From positions 1,312,001-1,376,000 of the forward strand of contig OY969695.1 in the NCBI GenBank assembly GCA_963701965.1: a stretch of DNA of 64,000 bases, given 5' to 3'. Below, in pieces: positions 30,658 to 41,120 of this stretch. Source of the DNA: an uncultured Gemmatimonadales bacterium. Lineage in GTDB: Bacteria; Gemmatimonadota; Gemmatimonadetes; Gemmatimonadales; Gemmatimonadaceae. The position numbers and the translations under genes were made by a program. How positions within the stretch are numbered: the first letter of the stretch is position 1; each line of letters starts with the position of its first letter. The notes under the pieces were generated by a model. That model did not search any database and had not been told where the DNA came from. It was given only the letters and a program-made list of their open reading frames with translations.

Positions 30658-31789
30658 GCCAGTGGCTTTTGCCGCCGTGGCGGCGCTTCTGCTCGGGGGA
30701 TGTCGGGGAGACTCCCAGAAGAGCTATGCGGCCACCGTGGCCAAGCCCCACACGTCGGCGTTCATCCTCACCGAAGAGCAGCGCGCCCGCATTCACACCG
30801 AGCCTGTCACCCCCTCAATGTTCCAGCCGACGGTGACGACCACGGGTACGGTGGCGTTCAACGGCGACCGCTCGACACCGGTGCTGTCGCAGATCTCGGG
30901 ACCCGTCACCCGCATTCTCGTCACGCAGGGCACGGTGGTGCACGAGGGCACGCCCCTGGCGACGGTCATCTCCCCGGACTTCGCCCAGGCGTTCGCGTCA
31001 TACCAGAAGGCCCAGACCGCGCTCCGCAACGCCGCGCGCATCGCCACGCTGGACACGAAGTTGTTCGCCAATGACGCGATCGCCAAGAGCGATCTCGATC
31101 AAGCGCGGGCCGACTCCGCATCGGCGGCGGCCGACCGCGACGCCGCCATCCAGCAGATGATCGCGTTCGGCGTCGATAGCGCCGCCATGCGGGGCATCGA
31201 GGAGGGCAAACCCGTGACGTCGCTCCCGGGCACGATCCGGGCGCCGATCGACGGCGTCGTGGTGGAGAAGTTGATCAACCCCGGGCAGGTGATAGAGGCC
31301 GGGCAGACCCAGTGCTTCACGATCGCCGACTTGTCGACCGTGTGGGTCATGGCCAACGTCTTCGAATCACAGTTGAACGCGGTCGAGAAAGGCGAGCCGG
31401 TCGAGGTCACCACCGACGCCTCGCCCGATTCGTTCCCGGGACGCGTCGACTATGTGGCGGCGATCGTGGACACTTCTACGCGTGCGACCGCGGTGCGGAT
31501 TCTCGTGCAGAACCATCGCCAGGCGTTGAAGCGCGACATGTATGTGCGGGTGGCGATCCGCTCCGATCGCGCGCTGCCGGGCATGCTGGTTCCGGTGTCG
31601 TCTGTGCTCCGCGACGAGGAAAACCTGCCGTTCGTGTTTGTGGCCGCGCCGGACGGGGGCTTCAACCGCCGGACGATCACGCTCGGACAGCGCGTCGGGG
31701 ACCGGTATGACGTGCCCTCGGGTCTCGCCGCGAACGACAAGGTGGTCACCGAAGGCGGGTTGTTCCTGCAGTTCGCCGAGAGCCAGTAA
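30647..31789 (+). CDS. RND periplasmic adaptor (CzcB-like), lipoprotein
   Basis: LLGGC lipobox, IRAPIDGVVVE, IADLSTVWV, GRVDYV. Confidence 0.9.
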   Translation: MDSRPVAFAAVAALLLGGCRGDSQKSYAATVAKPHTSAFILTEEQRARIHTEPVTPSMFQPTVTTTGTVAFNGDRSTPVLSQISGPVTRILVTQGTVVHEGTPLATVISPDFAQAFASYQKAQTALRNAARIATLDTKLFANDAIAKSDLDQARADSASAAADRDAAIQQMIAFGVDSAAMRGIEEGKPVTSLPGTIRAPIDGVVVEKLINPGQVIEAGQTQCFTIADLSTVWVMANVFESQLNAVEKGEPVEVTTDASPDSFPGRVDYVAAIVDTSTRATAVRILVQNHRQALKRDMYVRVAIRSDRALPGMLVPVSSVLRDEENLPFVFVAAPDGGFNRRTITLGQRVGDRYDVPSGLAANDKVVTEGGLFLQFAESQ

Positions 31790-34700
31790 TGATCAATCGG
31801 CTGGTCCGCGCCGCGCTCGCCGAACCGCTCCTCGTCTTCCTGATCTTCGCCGCGGTCACGGGCGTCGGCATCTGGTCGTTCACCCGATTGCCGGTCGACG
31901 CCTATCCGGACCTCTCGCCACCGATGGTCGAGGTGATCACGCAGTGGCCGGGGCGCGCCACCGAGGAAGTGGAGCGACTGATCACGGTGCCGGTCGAAGT
32001 CGCGATGAACGGCATCCCGAATCTCAAGATCGTCCGCTCCATCTCGCTGTACGGTCTGTCGGACGTCATCATGACGTTCCAGGACAAGACCGATCCGTAC
32101 TTCGCGCGCCAACAGGCGTTCGAGCGCATCGGCGACGCGTCGCTGCCCAGCGGCGTCAGCCCGTCGCTGTCGCCGCTCTCGGCCCCCTCGGGCCTCGTCT
32201 ACCGCTACATCGTGGAGAGCCCCGATCGCACGCCGATGCAGCTCAAGACGATCGACGACTGGGACATCGTCAAGCAGTACCGGTCGGTCCCGGGCGTGGC
32301 GGACATGGCCACGCTCGGCGGACCCACGATGCAGTACCAGGTCCAGATCGATCCGACGAAGCTGGCCGGGGCCGGGCTCAGTGTGCCGATTGTCGCCGCC
32401 GCGCTCTCCGCCAACAACGACAATGCCGGAGGCGGATTCTATCAGGAGGGCGGATCGTTCTACTACGTCCGCGGCCTCGGTCGCGTGGTGACCGTGCAGG
32501 ATATCGGCAACATTGTGCTGGCGGTCAAGGACGGCACACCTGTGCTGGTGAAGGATGTCGCGCAGATCACGATCGGGTACGCGCCGCGCCTGGGTCAGTT
32601 CAGTTACGATAGCGTGAACAATGCGGTCGAGGGCATCGTCCTGATGCGCACCGGCGAGCAGGCGCAGACCGTGCTCAAGCTGGTCGAAGCCAAGACCGCC
32701 GCGCTCAATCGCACGCTCCCGCACGACGTGCACATCCGGCCGTTCTACGACCGGAGCGAGCTGATTCATTTCACGACGCGCACGGTCGAGGACAACCTCC
32801 TGCGGGGCATCGTCCTCGTCATCGTCGTCCTCGTGTTCTTCCTGTACGACATCCGTTCGGGGCTCATCGTCGCCACGACGATTCCGCTGTCGTTGCTCTT
32901 CGCCTTCATCTGCCTGGATCTCCGGCACATTCCCGCGAACCTGCTGTCGATCGGCGCGATCGACTTCGGGATTCTGGTGGATGCGGCCGTCGTGATGGTC
33001 GAGAACATCCATCGCGAGTTGGCCAACCGGAACGGGACGGCCTTCAACGCGCGCGAGGTCGTGGCCGCGGCCGCCGCACAGGTCGACCGTCCCATGGTGT
33101 ACGCCGTCGCCGTGATCATCACCGGCTTTCTCCCGATCTATGTGCTGTCGGGGCCGTCGGGCCGACTGTTCCAGCCGATGGCCGATACGACGATCTACGC
33201 CCTGATCGGGGCGCTCGTGATCTCGCTCACGTTGATCCCTCTGCTCTGCCTGCTCGTCCTCGGCCGCGGGCGCGGCGTGCGCGATCGCCGGAACCCCGCC
33301 TTCGAGTGGATCCTCCGCCAGTATGAGCGGCAGCTCGATTGGTGCTTCCGCCACCGGGCGTTCACGATCGGCGGGTCCGTCGCAATTTTTGCGGTGACGA
33401 TTGTGCTTTGGTTTACACTCGGCGCGGAGTTCATGCCCAAGCTCGACGAGGGGGCGCTCTGGGTCCGGGCGACGATGCCGTATACCATCTCGCTCGACGA
33501 GTCGGCACGTCTGGTCCCCCAGATACGGTCCGTGCTGCATTCGTTTCCCGAAGTCACGCTGGTCGCGTGCGAGCACGGGCGCGATGATAGCGGCACCGAT
33601 GCCACTGGGTTCTTTAACGCCGAATTCTATGTCGGGCTCAAGCCTTACGAGGAATGGCGCGGGCCGTATCACACCAAGGCCGAGCTCACGAGCGCGATCA
33701 ACGCCAAGTTGTTGGCGTTTCCGGGCATCACGTTCAACTATACGCAACCGGCCGAGGACGCCGTCGACGAAGCCGAGACCGGCCTCAAGAGCTCCCTCAA
33801 TGTAAAGGTCTTCGGACCGGACCTGAACGTGCTCGAGGCCCAAGGCAAGGCCATCAAGCGGGAGATGGAGCAGGTACGCGGCATCTCCGACCTGACGTTG
33901 GTACAGGAGCTCGGTCAGCCCGCACTCACGGTCGACATCAATCGCGACAAGATCGCGCGGTACGGCATCAACGTCGCCGACGTCAATGGTCTCATCGAGG
34001 CCGCCGTGGGCGGCAGCGCGGCGACGCAGGTCGTGCAGGGCGAGAAATTGTTCGATCTCGTCGTGCGCCTCATGCCTCAGTTTCGGGAGACCCCCGAGGC
34101 GATCGGCAACATCCTCGTGGCGACGCCGGGCGGTCAGCAGATTCCGATTCGCGAGCTGGCGACGATCCAAGTCTCCAACGGCGCCGCGTTCATCTACCGC
34201 GAGAACAACTCGCGCTACATCGGCGTCCAATACTCCGTCGAGGGGCGCGATCTGGCCAGCGCCGTAGAGGACGCCCAACAGCGCGTGGCGCGCGCCGTGA
34301 CACTGCCACCCGGCTATCAGGTCGTCTGGGGCGGCGAATTTCAAGAGTACACGGCATCGCGGACGCAGCTCCAAGTCGTGCTGCCGCTCACGTTCGCCCT
34401 GATCATCGCTGTCCTCTTCGCCCTGTACCACAACTTCAAGTTTCCGCTCATCACGTTGGGGGGCGTCATTTTGTCGGGCCCGATCGGGGGCGTCCTGGCA
34501 CTGGCCGTGACAGGCACACCGTTTTCCGTCTCATCCGGCATCGGTTTCCTGGCGCTCTTCGGCGTCTCCGTTCAGACGGCCGTCGTGTACATCTCCTACG
34601 CCAACGAGTTGCGCCTGGGTGGGATGCCGATCTTCGACGCCGCCCGTCAAGCGGCCTTGCTCAGGCTTCGACCCATCATGATGACCGCGCTCGTCGCCGC

Positions 34701-34878
34701 TTTCGGTTTGTTGCCGGCCGCGTTGGCGCACGGCGTGGGAACGGATTCGCAACGGCCGTTCGCCCTAGTAATAGTAGGCGGGCTGTTTTCGCGGCTCTTG
34801 ATCTCGGTCTATCTCATGCCTGTGCTATATGAAGTGGTGGCCCGCCCGGGCGATCATATAGATTCCGTGAATGATTGA
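31789..34878 (+). CDS. Heavy-metal RND efflux permease (CzcA-like)
   Basis: LPVDAYPDLS, TM4 AIDFGILVDAAVVMVEN (DFG...D...EN heavy-metal-efflux signature), RLRPIMMT. Confidence 0.93.
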   Translation: MINRLVRAALAEPLLVFLIFAAVTGVGIWSFTRLPVDAYPDLSPPMVEVITQWPGRATEEVERLITVPVEVAMNGIPNLKIVRSISLYGLSDVIMTFQDKTDPYFARQQAFERIGDASLPSGVSPSLSPLSAPSGLVYRYIVESPDRTPMQLKTIDDWDIVKQYRSVPGVADMATLGGPTMQYQVQIDPTKLAGAGLSVPIVAAALSANNDNAGGGFYQEGGSFYYVRGLGRVVTVQDIGNIVLAVKDGTPVLVKDVAQITIGYAPRLGQFSYDSVNNAVEGIVLMRTGEQAQTVLKLVEAKTAALNRTLPHDVHIRPFYDRSELIHFTTRTVEDNLLRGIVLVIVVLVFFLYDIRSGLIVATTIPLSLLFAFICLDLRHIPANLLSIGAIDFGILVDAAVVMVENIHRELANRNGTAFNAREVVAAAAAQVDRPMVYAVAVIITGFLPIYVLSGPSGRLFQPMADTTIYALIGALVISLTLIPLLCLLVLGRGRGVRDRRNPAFEWILRQYERQLDWCFRHRAFTIGGSVAIFAVTIVLWFTLGAEFMPKLDEGALWVRATMPYTISLDESARLVPQIRSVLHSFPEVTLVACEHGRDDSGTDATGFFNAEFYVGLKPYEEWRGPYHTKAELTSAINAKLLAFPGITFNYTQPAEDAVDEAETGLKSSLNVKVFGPDLNVLEAQGKAIKREMEQVRGISDLTLVQELGQPALTVDINRDKIARYGINVADVNGLIEAAVGGSAATQVVQGEKLFDLVVRLMPQFRETPEAIGNILVATPGGQQIPIRELATIQVSNGAAFIYRENNSRYIGVQYSVEGRDLASAVEDAQQRVARAVTLPPGYQVVWGGEFQEYTASRTQLQVVLPLTFALIIAVLFALYHNFKFPLITLGGVILSGPIGGVLALAVTGTPFSVSSGIGFLALFGVSVQTAVVYISYANELRLGGMPIFDAARQAALLRLRPIMMTALVAAFGLLPAALAHGVGTDSQRPFALVIVGGLFSRLLISVYLMPVLYEVVARPGDHIDSVND

Positions 34879-36475
34879 CTCTCATACCGAGATTGGTGAG
34901 CCCGTTCGCGGCCTGACCGCGCAAGGGATTACGCCGTCTGGAACCGTGCACTGGAACCTCGTTCCGCCCGACCTCGTGGAGGCGGCGATTCGTCGGCGCG
35001 AGGGCCGGCTGGCCGATATGGGCCCGTTCGTTGGCGTGACCACCCCGCACACGGGCCGCTCTCCGAAAGACAAGTTCGTCGTCAAAGCCGGCCCCTCGGC
35101 CGCCGATGTGAATTGGGGATCGGTGAACCAGCCGCTCTCCCCCGAGCACTTCGCGACGCTGCTGGCCGATGTGCGCGCGTATCTCAGCGGACAGAACGAA
35201 CTGTTCGTGCAGGACCTGTACATCGGCGCCGACCCGTCGCACCGCCTGAGCGTCCGCTACGTGACACCCAATGCGTGGCACGGACTGTTCGTGCGGAACA
35301 TGTTCATCCGCCCCGAAGTCACCGATCTCCCGACGTTCGAGCCGACGTTCAGCGTCCTGCACGCGCCCGAGATGCAGGCCGATCCGGCGCGCCACGGGAC
35401 ACGCTCCGGCACGTTCATCGTCCTCGACTTCACCCAGCGGCTCATCGTCATCGGCGGCACGCGCTACGCTGGCGAGCTCAAGAAGTCGATGTTCACCGTC
35501 ATGAACTACCTGATGCCCAAGGCGGGCGTCCTGTCGATGCACTGTTCGGCGAACGTCGGCCCCAAGGGCAATGTCGCGCTCTTCTTCGGGCTGTCGGGCA
35601 CGGGCAAGACCACGCTGTCGGCCGATCCGGAACGGGAATTGATCGGCGACGATGAGCACGGGTGGTCGAAGGACGGCGTCTTCAATTTCGAGGGCGGCTG
35701 TTACGCGAAAGTGATCAACCTATCGCCCGAAGGCGAGCCCGACATCTATCGGACCACGCAGATGTTCGGCACGGTGCTGGAGAACGTCGTGCTGGATCCC
35801 GTGACCCGTGCCGTTCAGTTCGCGGATCAGTCGCTCACGGAGAACACCCGGGCCTCGTATCCGCTCTCCTACATCCGGAATCACGTTCCCAGCGGGCGCG
35901 GCGGCCATCCGTCCAACATCGTCTTTTTGACGGCGGACGCCTTCGGCGTCCTGCCACCCGTCTCGCGCCTGACGCGCGAGCAGGCGATGTACTACTTCCT
36001 GTCCGGGTATACGGCGAAGGTTGCCGGAACCGAACGCGGGGTGACCGAGCCGCAGGCGACCTTCAGTGCCTGTTTCGGCGCCGTGTTCCTGGTCTGGCCA
36101 CCGGCCAAGTACGCGACCATGCTCGGCGAGATGATGGACCGCCACGGCGCGAAAGTCTGGCTGTTGAATACCGGCTGGACCGGCGGCGCCTACGGGGTCG
36201 GCAAGCGCATCTCCTTGGCCCACACCCGGGCGATCGTGCGCGCCGTCCTCTCGGGGTCGCTCGACCACGTTCCCACCATCACCGATCCGGTGTTCAAGCT
36301 CGCCGTACCGAAGTCGGTGGCTGGTGTGCCCGACGCGGTGCTCCAACCGCGCGGCGTCTGGAGCGATCCCGCGGCGTACAATGCGGCCGCGGCCAAGCTC
36401 GCCGCAATGTTCCGCGCGAACTTCAATGCGGTCGCCGCCAATGCCGACCCGGCGACGCGGCACGCGGGGCCCTGA
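34871..36475 (+). CDS. pckA: Phosphoenolpyruvate carboxykinase (ATP)
   Basis: TGRSPKDK, YAGELKK, MHCSAN, GLSGTGKTTLS, LIGDDEHGW, NFEGGCYAK. Confidence 0.97.
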   Translation: MIDSHTEIGEPVRGLTAQGITPSGTVHWNLVPPDLVEAAIRRREGRLADMGPFVGVTTPHTGRSPKDKFVVKAGPSAADVNWGSVNQPLSPEHFATLLADVRAYLSGQNELFVQDLYIGADPSHRLSVRYVTPNAWHGLFVRNMFIRPEVTDLPTFEPTFSVLHAPEMQADPARHGTRSGTFIVLDFTQRLIVIGGTRYAGELKKSMFTVMNYLMPKAGVLSMHCSANVGPKGNVALFFGLSGTGKTTLSADPERELIGDDEHGWSKDGVFNFEGGCYAKVINLSPEGEPDIYRTTQMFGTVLENVVLDPVTRAVQFADQSLTENTRASYPLSYIRNHVPSGRGGHPSNIVFLTADAFGVLPPVSRLTREQAMYYFLSGYTAKVAGTERGVTEPQATFSACFGAVFLVWPPAKYATMLGEMMDRHGAKVWLLNTGWTGGAYGVGKRISLAHTRAIVRAVLSGSLDHVPTITDPVFKLAVPKSVAGVPDAVLQPRGVWSDPAAYNAAAAKLAAMFRANFNAVAANADPATRHAGP

Positions 36476-36512
36476 TTTATCTTCGGGCGTATCAACCATC
36501 CCGGAGCAACCC

Positions 36513-37007
36513 ATGCGATATCTCGCCCTGGTCTGTGCCGCGCTGGTCGCGAGTCGTGCGCCCGATGTGAAAGTGAACCAGTTCATGTCGTACAACGCGT
36601 CCACGAAGACGGTGAACATCAAGGTGTTCGCCGCCTTCAACAGCGTGCAGGGCGGATTCAACTTCAACGGCGGATCGAACGGGAGTCAGACCATCACCGT
36701 CCCGACGGGATGGACCGTGAACATGGACGTCGTCAACAAGGACGCGATCCCGCACTCGGCCATCATCATCGCCGACGCGCGGCCGCTCCCCAACGCGCCG
36801 AGCCAGGCGGCGATTGCGCGGGCGTATACGGCACACCTGACGGATGGTCTTCCGGCGCAGAATGGCGAGGACACGATGAACTTCACGGCGCCATCCAATC
36901 CCGGAAACTTCCTGATCGCTTGCGGCGTGCCCGGACACGCGCCGAGCGGCATGTGGATCAAGTTCGCGGTCGCCGCGGCGCCGACGCCGGCGTATTCGGG
37001 AGCGTAG
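36513..37007 (+). CDS. Sulfocyanin-like blue copper (cupredoxin) protein
   Basis: Signal peptide, FNFNG, IPHS and type-1 Cu ligand motif CGVPGHAPSGM; GGAG Shine-Dalgarno. Confidence 0.82.
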   Translation: MRYLALVCAALVASRAPDVKVNQFMSYNASTKTVNIKVFAAFNSVQGGFNFNGGSNGSQTITVPTGWTVNMDVVNKDAIPHSAIIIADARPLPNAPSQAAIARAYTAHLTDGLPAQNGEDTMNFTAPSNPGNFLIACGVPGHAPSGMWIKFAVAAAPTPAYSGA

Positions 37008-37023
37008 GACACTCACGGCGACC

Positions 37024-38278
37024 GTGGATTTCGAGATTATCCGGGACCCGCTCTGGAACAACGTCCGGGTCGAGCCGCTGGCGATGCGCTTGGTGGACAG
37101 CGCGGTCGTCCAGCGGCTCCGCTACGTTCGGCAGCTCGGACTGGCCTATCTCGTTTACCCGGGCGCCACGCATTCGCGGTTCGAGCACGCCCTGGGCACG
37201 TATCACCTCGCCCGCCGCACGCTCGGTCTCCTGCGCGAGCGCGAGCTGGAGTGTGATGCCGCATCGGCCAGCATCGCCCGGATGGCCGCGCTCCTGCACG
37301 ACGTCGGCCATTACCCTTTTTCCCACGCGCTCGAAGAAATCGGCGCGCCGCACCACGAGGAAGTGGCGCGGGCCCTGGTCACGACCGGCGACGTCGCCGG
37401 GACGCTCCGCTCGGCGCTCGGCGCCGATGCCCCGGAGCGGGTCTTCGCGCTCATTCGCGGCGAGAGCCGGGAGCCGTTGCAGGGGTTGATCGCGGGGTCG
37501 CTCGACCTGGACAAGATCGAGTATCTCAAGCGTGACGCGCTCATGTGCGGCGTCCCCTACGGACAGATCGACGTGGACCGGCTCATTCACTCGCTGGTCC
37601 TGACGCCCCACCCCACAACCGGTCGGCTGGTCGTGGGGATAGTGGAAAAGGGATTGGCGGCGCTGGAATCGCTGCTCTTCGCGAAGTACCAGAATGTACC
37701 GGAACGTGTATTGGCACCATGCGGTGCGCAGCGCCACGGCAATGTACAAGCGGCTGGTGGAGGAGGCGCTGCGCCGCGCCGTGCTCGACGTCCGGACCAT
37801 CACCCAGCTGACGGACGAGGGATTGCTGGCCGCGTTGGAGCTGACGGCGCCCACGCCCCTGTTGCGCGCGCTGCGCACGCGGCAGTTGCACAAGCGCGCG
37901 CTCGAGTGTCCGGCGGCGGATTTCGGAGAAGGCGAGGCGGAGTGGATCGCGAGCGATCGGGCCCTCGCCGTTGCGGTCGAGGATCGACTGGGCCGCGAGG
38001 TCGGCCTCGAGCCGGGCCAGCTCCTGATCGATTTCCCCGCCAAAACGCAGATGCTCGACTTGGATCTCGCGGTCGTCCGCCGTGGGGGCCGTGTCGAGCA
38101 TCTCACGGCGGCCGGACGGACGGGAGCGATCAATCTGCTGGCAATGTCGTCGCAGCTCTACCGTTCGGCGCGCTGGCTCCGGGTCTTCACCGCCCGGCCG
38201 GTGTCACTGGACCGCGACCGACTGTTCGCCCTGTTGACCGGGTCACCCGAGGACGTGCGTCGCTGGTTGGATGCCTAG
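37024..38278 (+). CDS. HD-superfamily phosphohydrolase (YdhJ/SAMHD1-like), frameshifted at ~37693
   Basis: IRDP, QRLRYVRQLG, HSRFEHALG, LLHDVGHYPFSH, DLDKIEYL. One extra A in CAG-A-ATG breaks AKYQ/MYRNVYWHH. Confidence 0.88.
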
Positions 38279-39634
38279 CCGCCGGCGGCGGGATTCGCCG
38301 GCCACGTAGAGGGCCACGCCAATGAGCAGCATCACAATGGTGCTGCCGACCACCTTGATGATCGCCAGCAGCTTGTTCTCGTTCTGATCGGTGGGCACCA
38401 TGGACAGGAAGATCGAGACCACGGTGGTGGCGAGCCCCATCAGCGCCAACCCAATGGCGACTGGCGTGCGCTGCAGCTTGATGAACGCGGCGAACATGAA
38501 CAGGTAGGGAATGAAGTACCAGAGCACCGAGACGCTCACCAGCACGTCATACGCGCCCCGGGTCGTCGTCCCGGCGATGCTCAAGAAAATGAACAGCACC
38601 GCGATCGCCGCCTGGACCAGGAGCGCCACCCATGGCGATCCCCAACGGGGGTGAATGCGGCCAAAGGCGCCGGGCAGATAGCAGTCCAAGCCGGCGACGA
38701 AGGGCAAGCGCGCCGACGCCGCGAACCAGGCTCCGGCCTGTCCCACGCCCCCGAGGGTGATGAGCGCGGCGACGATGAACACGACGGACGGCGTGTCCAA
38801 CCGTCGCGCGACGCTGGTGATCGCCTCCATGATCCCTTGAATGCTCGTCACCTGCGCGGCCGGGATCGCCAGCATCACCGCCAGAGTGGACAGCACGTAG
38901 ACGAGCGTGATGATGACGCCGGCGATGATCAGCGCCCGGGGCACGTTGCGCCGCGCGTCGCGAATCTCATCGCCCATGATGGACGCGCCTTCCAGTCCGG
39001 TCATGGAGAACGCGATCGTCGACCAGAAGATGATGTCGTTGAGATGCGTGCTGGGCACGATCGCGTGGGCATTGATGGGCGTGGCCGATCCGAACCGCGC
39101 GCCGGCGACGAGGCCCATCACGATCAGGATCATCGCCGGCACCCAGAGGCCGAGCGCACCCGCATTGTGCAGCCACTTGCCGACGCCGAGTCCCAGGATG
39201 TTGGGCCATACGGCGAGCGCCAGGCCCACGAGCGGCGCCAGCATGAAGTAGGCGCGGCTGTCATCCAGCGCGTGGCCGTGGGGGGCGAGGTACAGGGCAT
39301 TGAGGGCGGTGTAGGCCAGCAACGCCGGGTAATAGGGCAGGTTGGACACCCAGTACGTCCAGCCCGTGATGAATCCGGCGAACCCGCCGAAGGCCTTGTT
39401 GCTCCAGACGTAGATGCCACCCTCGGACGGATAGCGGGACGATAGCGCCAGGACGCAGGCCGCGAGCGGGAGATAGAACGCGACGCAACAGATGCCCCAG
39501 ATGACCAGCGCGCTCGGCCCCGCGTGGGCCGCCTGCGCGATCCAGCGGACGCTGAAGCCCGTGACGATGTAGAAGAGCAGGAGGTCGCGGAACCCCATCG
39601 CCTTGCGCAGGCCTACAGGGCGATCGCTTTCCAC
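38243..39634 (-). CDS. APC-family amino acid permease
   Basis: About 12 TM segments; LSSRYPSEGGIYVW, GLEGASIMGDEI, FGRIHPRWGSP. Start is GTG 39634 or ATG 39598. Confidence 0.88.
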   Translation of the reverse strand: MESDRPVGLRKAMGFRDLLLFYIVTGFSVRWIAQAAHAGPSALVIWGICCVAFYLPLAACVLALSSRYPSEGGIYVWSNKAFGGFAGFITGWTYWVSNLPYYPALLAYTALNALYLAPHGHALDDSRAYFMLAPLVGLALAVWPNILGLGVGKWLHNAGALGLWVPAMILIVMGLVAGARFGSATPINAHAIVPSTHLNDIIFWSTIAFSMTGLEGASIMGDEIRDARRNVPRALIIAGVIITLVYVLSTLAVMLAIPAAQVTSIQGIMEAITSVARRLDTPSVVFIVAALITLGGVGQAGAWFAASARLPFVAGLDCYLPGAFGRIHPRWGSPWVALLVQAAIAVLFIFLSIAGTTTRGAYDVLVSVSVLWYFIPYLFMFAAFIKLQRTPVAIGLALMGLATTVVSIFLSMVPTDQNENKLLAIIKVVGSTIVMLLIGVALYVAGESRRRRLGIQPATHVLG

Positions 39635-41052
39635 CGGCCTCGCCGAAAGAGAAGGATGCTGACGACCGCGAGCGTGCAGAACGCGATGGTGAGTGCGCTG
39701 TACACCCCGGTCGGCCCGAATCCCAGCGGCACGGCAAGCACATAGGCCAGCGGGATCTCCCACAGCCAGAACACGCCAATGTTGATCAGCGTGGGCGTCC
39801 ACGTGTCTCCGGCCCCATTGAACGACTGCGTGACCACCATGCCGTAGGCGTAGAGGGGGAAGCCCAGCGCGATGATCCGGAGGCTCGTCGCCGCCGTCGC
39901 TTGCACGGCGGGATCGCTAGTGAAGAGCGATGTCAGGAATCGCGCGCCAATGGCGAACACGAGGCCGATCACGCCCAGCACGCAGCAGTCGTAGAACGCC
40001 GCCAACCAGACGGCGCTGGCGGCCCGTTCGGGTTGGCGCGCGCCCAATGCTTGCCCCACCATGGTGGCCGCGGCGTTGCCCAGCCCCCACGAGGGGAGCA
40101 ACGCGAAGATCACGATGCGAATGCTGATCGCGTACCCCGCGAGCATTTCACTTCCGAAGCGCGCCATGATGCGAATGATCCCGATCCAGCTGGCGCTGCC
40201 CACGAACGCCTGGAACGCGCCGGAGCCGGAGAGCCGCAGCAGGCGCCCCATGACCTCGCGGTTCAGGTGCAGGTGCCGCGGCCGTACGGTGACCCGGCCG
40301 CCCGGGCGGATGAGACGGGAGAGGGCGAACAGGGCGCCCGCGCTTCGTCCGATCGTCGTGGCCACGGCGGCGCCCGTGACGCCCAACCGCGGGAAGGGAC
40401 CCAGGCCGAAGATGAGACACGGGTCGAGCACGATGTTGATGGCGTTGGCGAACCACAACACGCGCATCGCGATCGCCGCATCGCCCGCGCCGCGGAAGAT
40501 GGCGTTGAGAAGGAACAGGAAGACAATGCAGCCGCTGCCGCCGAGCATGATGCGGGTGAACCAGACGCCCGTGCCAATGACGTCGGGATCCGCCCCCATG
40601 ACTGCCAACAGGCGCGGCGCCAAGGTCGCTCCCGCGGCACCCAGCAGCACCGAGGCAACGAGTCCGACGAACAGGGCCTGGGCCGCTGATTCGGCGGCGC
40701 CTTCGGGATCGCGCTCGCCAATGCGGCGCGCCACCAGCGCCGTCACGCCCATCATGAGTCCCATGGCGACGGCGTAAATGATGCTCAGCATCGATTCGGT
40801 GAGCGCCACGGTGGCGACCGCGGTCGCGCCCAACCGGCCGACGAAAAAGATGTCGGTGATGGCGAAGACACTTTCCAGCGCCATCTCCATGACCATCGGC
40901 ACCGCGAGCAGCACGATGGCGCGCGGGACCGACCCTTGCGTGAAATCCTGGTGGGAACCGCGCAGCGCCTCGCGGATGACCGACCAGGCGCCGGTGGGTC
41001 GTGGGGGCGTATCGAGCGCTTCAATGTCAGGCGTGATATCGGGCGAGCTCAT
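39613..41052 (-). CDS. MATE-family efflux transporter
   Basis: LAVPMV, DIFFVGRLG, FRGAGD, NIVLDP, GVTGAAVAT, FNGAGDT. Confidence 0.92.
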   Translation of the reverse strand: MSSPDITPDIEALDTPPRPTGAWSVIREALRGSHQDFTQGSVPRAIVLLAVPMVMEMALESVFAITDIFFVGRLGATAVATVALTESMLSIIYAVAMGLMMGVTALVARRIGERDPEGAAESAAQALFVGLVASVLLGAAGATLAPRLLAVMGADPDVIGTGVWFTRIMLGGSGCIVFLFLLNAIFRGAGDAAIAMRVLWFANAINIVLDPCLIFGLGPFPRLGVTGAAVATTIGRSAGALFALSRLIRPGGRVTVRPRHLHLNREVMGRLLRLSGSGAFQAFVGSASWIGIIRIMARFGSEMLAGYAISIRIVIFALLPSWGLGNAAATMVGQALGARQPERAASAVWLAAFYDCCVLGVIGLVFAIGARFLTSLFTSDPAVQATAATSLRIIALGFPLYAYGMVVTQSFNGAGDTWTPTLINIGVFWLWEIPLAYVLAVPLGFGPTGVYSALTIAFCTLAVVSILLFRRGRWKAIAL

Positions 41053-41120
41053 GGTGCGTGCAACTTAACCGCACCATGAGCGCTCCGACATGCGATGGCG
41101 CCCTGGCAATGTGAGGCGCG

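Noticed and set aside
92..34431. Long antisense or alternate-frame ORFs (e.g. 92-1264, 11931-14933, 14530-16791, 31450-34431)
   Set aside because: They shadow well-supported genes on the opposite strand, have no family motifs, and are expected from stop-codon scarcity at high GC.
37685..37700. Frameshift in the HD phosphohydrolase as a real split gene
   Set aside because: Removing one A restores the conserved KYQMYRNVYWH and both halves are otherwise intact. Most likely a sequencing indel.
38243..38278. 36-bp convergent overlap of the APC permease and HD genes as an antisense control
   Set aside because: Short convergent overlaps recur in this window (5761-5771, 43051-43061, 62911-62914), and this one may result from an indel near the APC stop.
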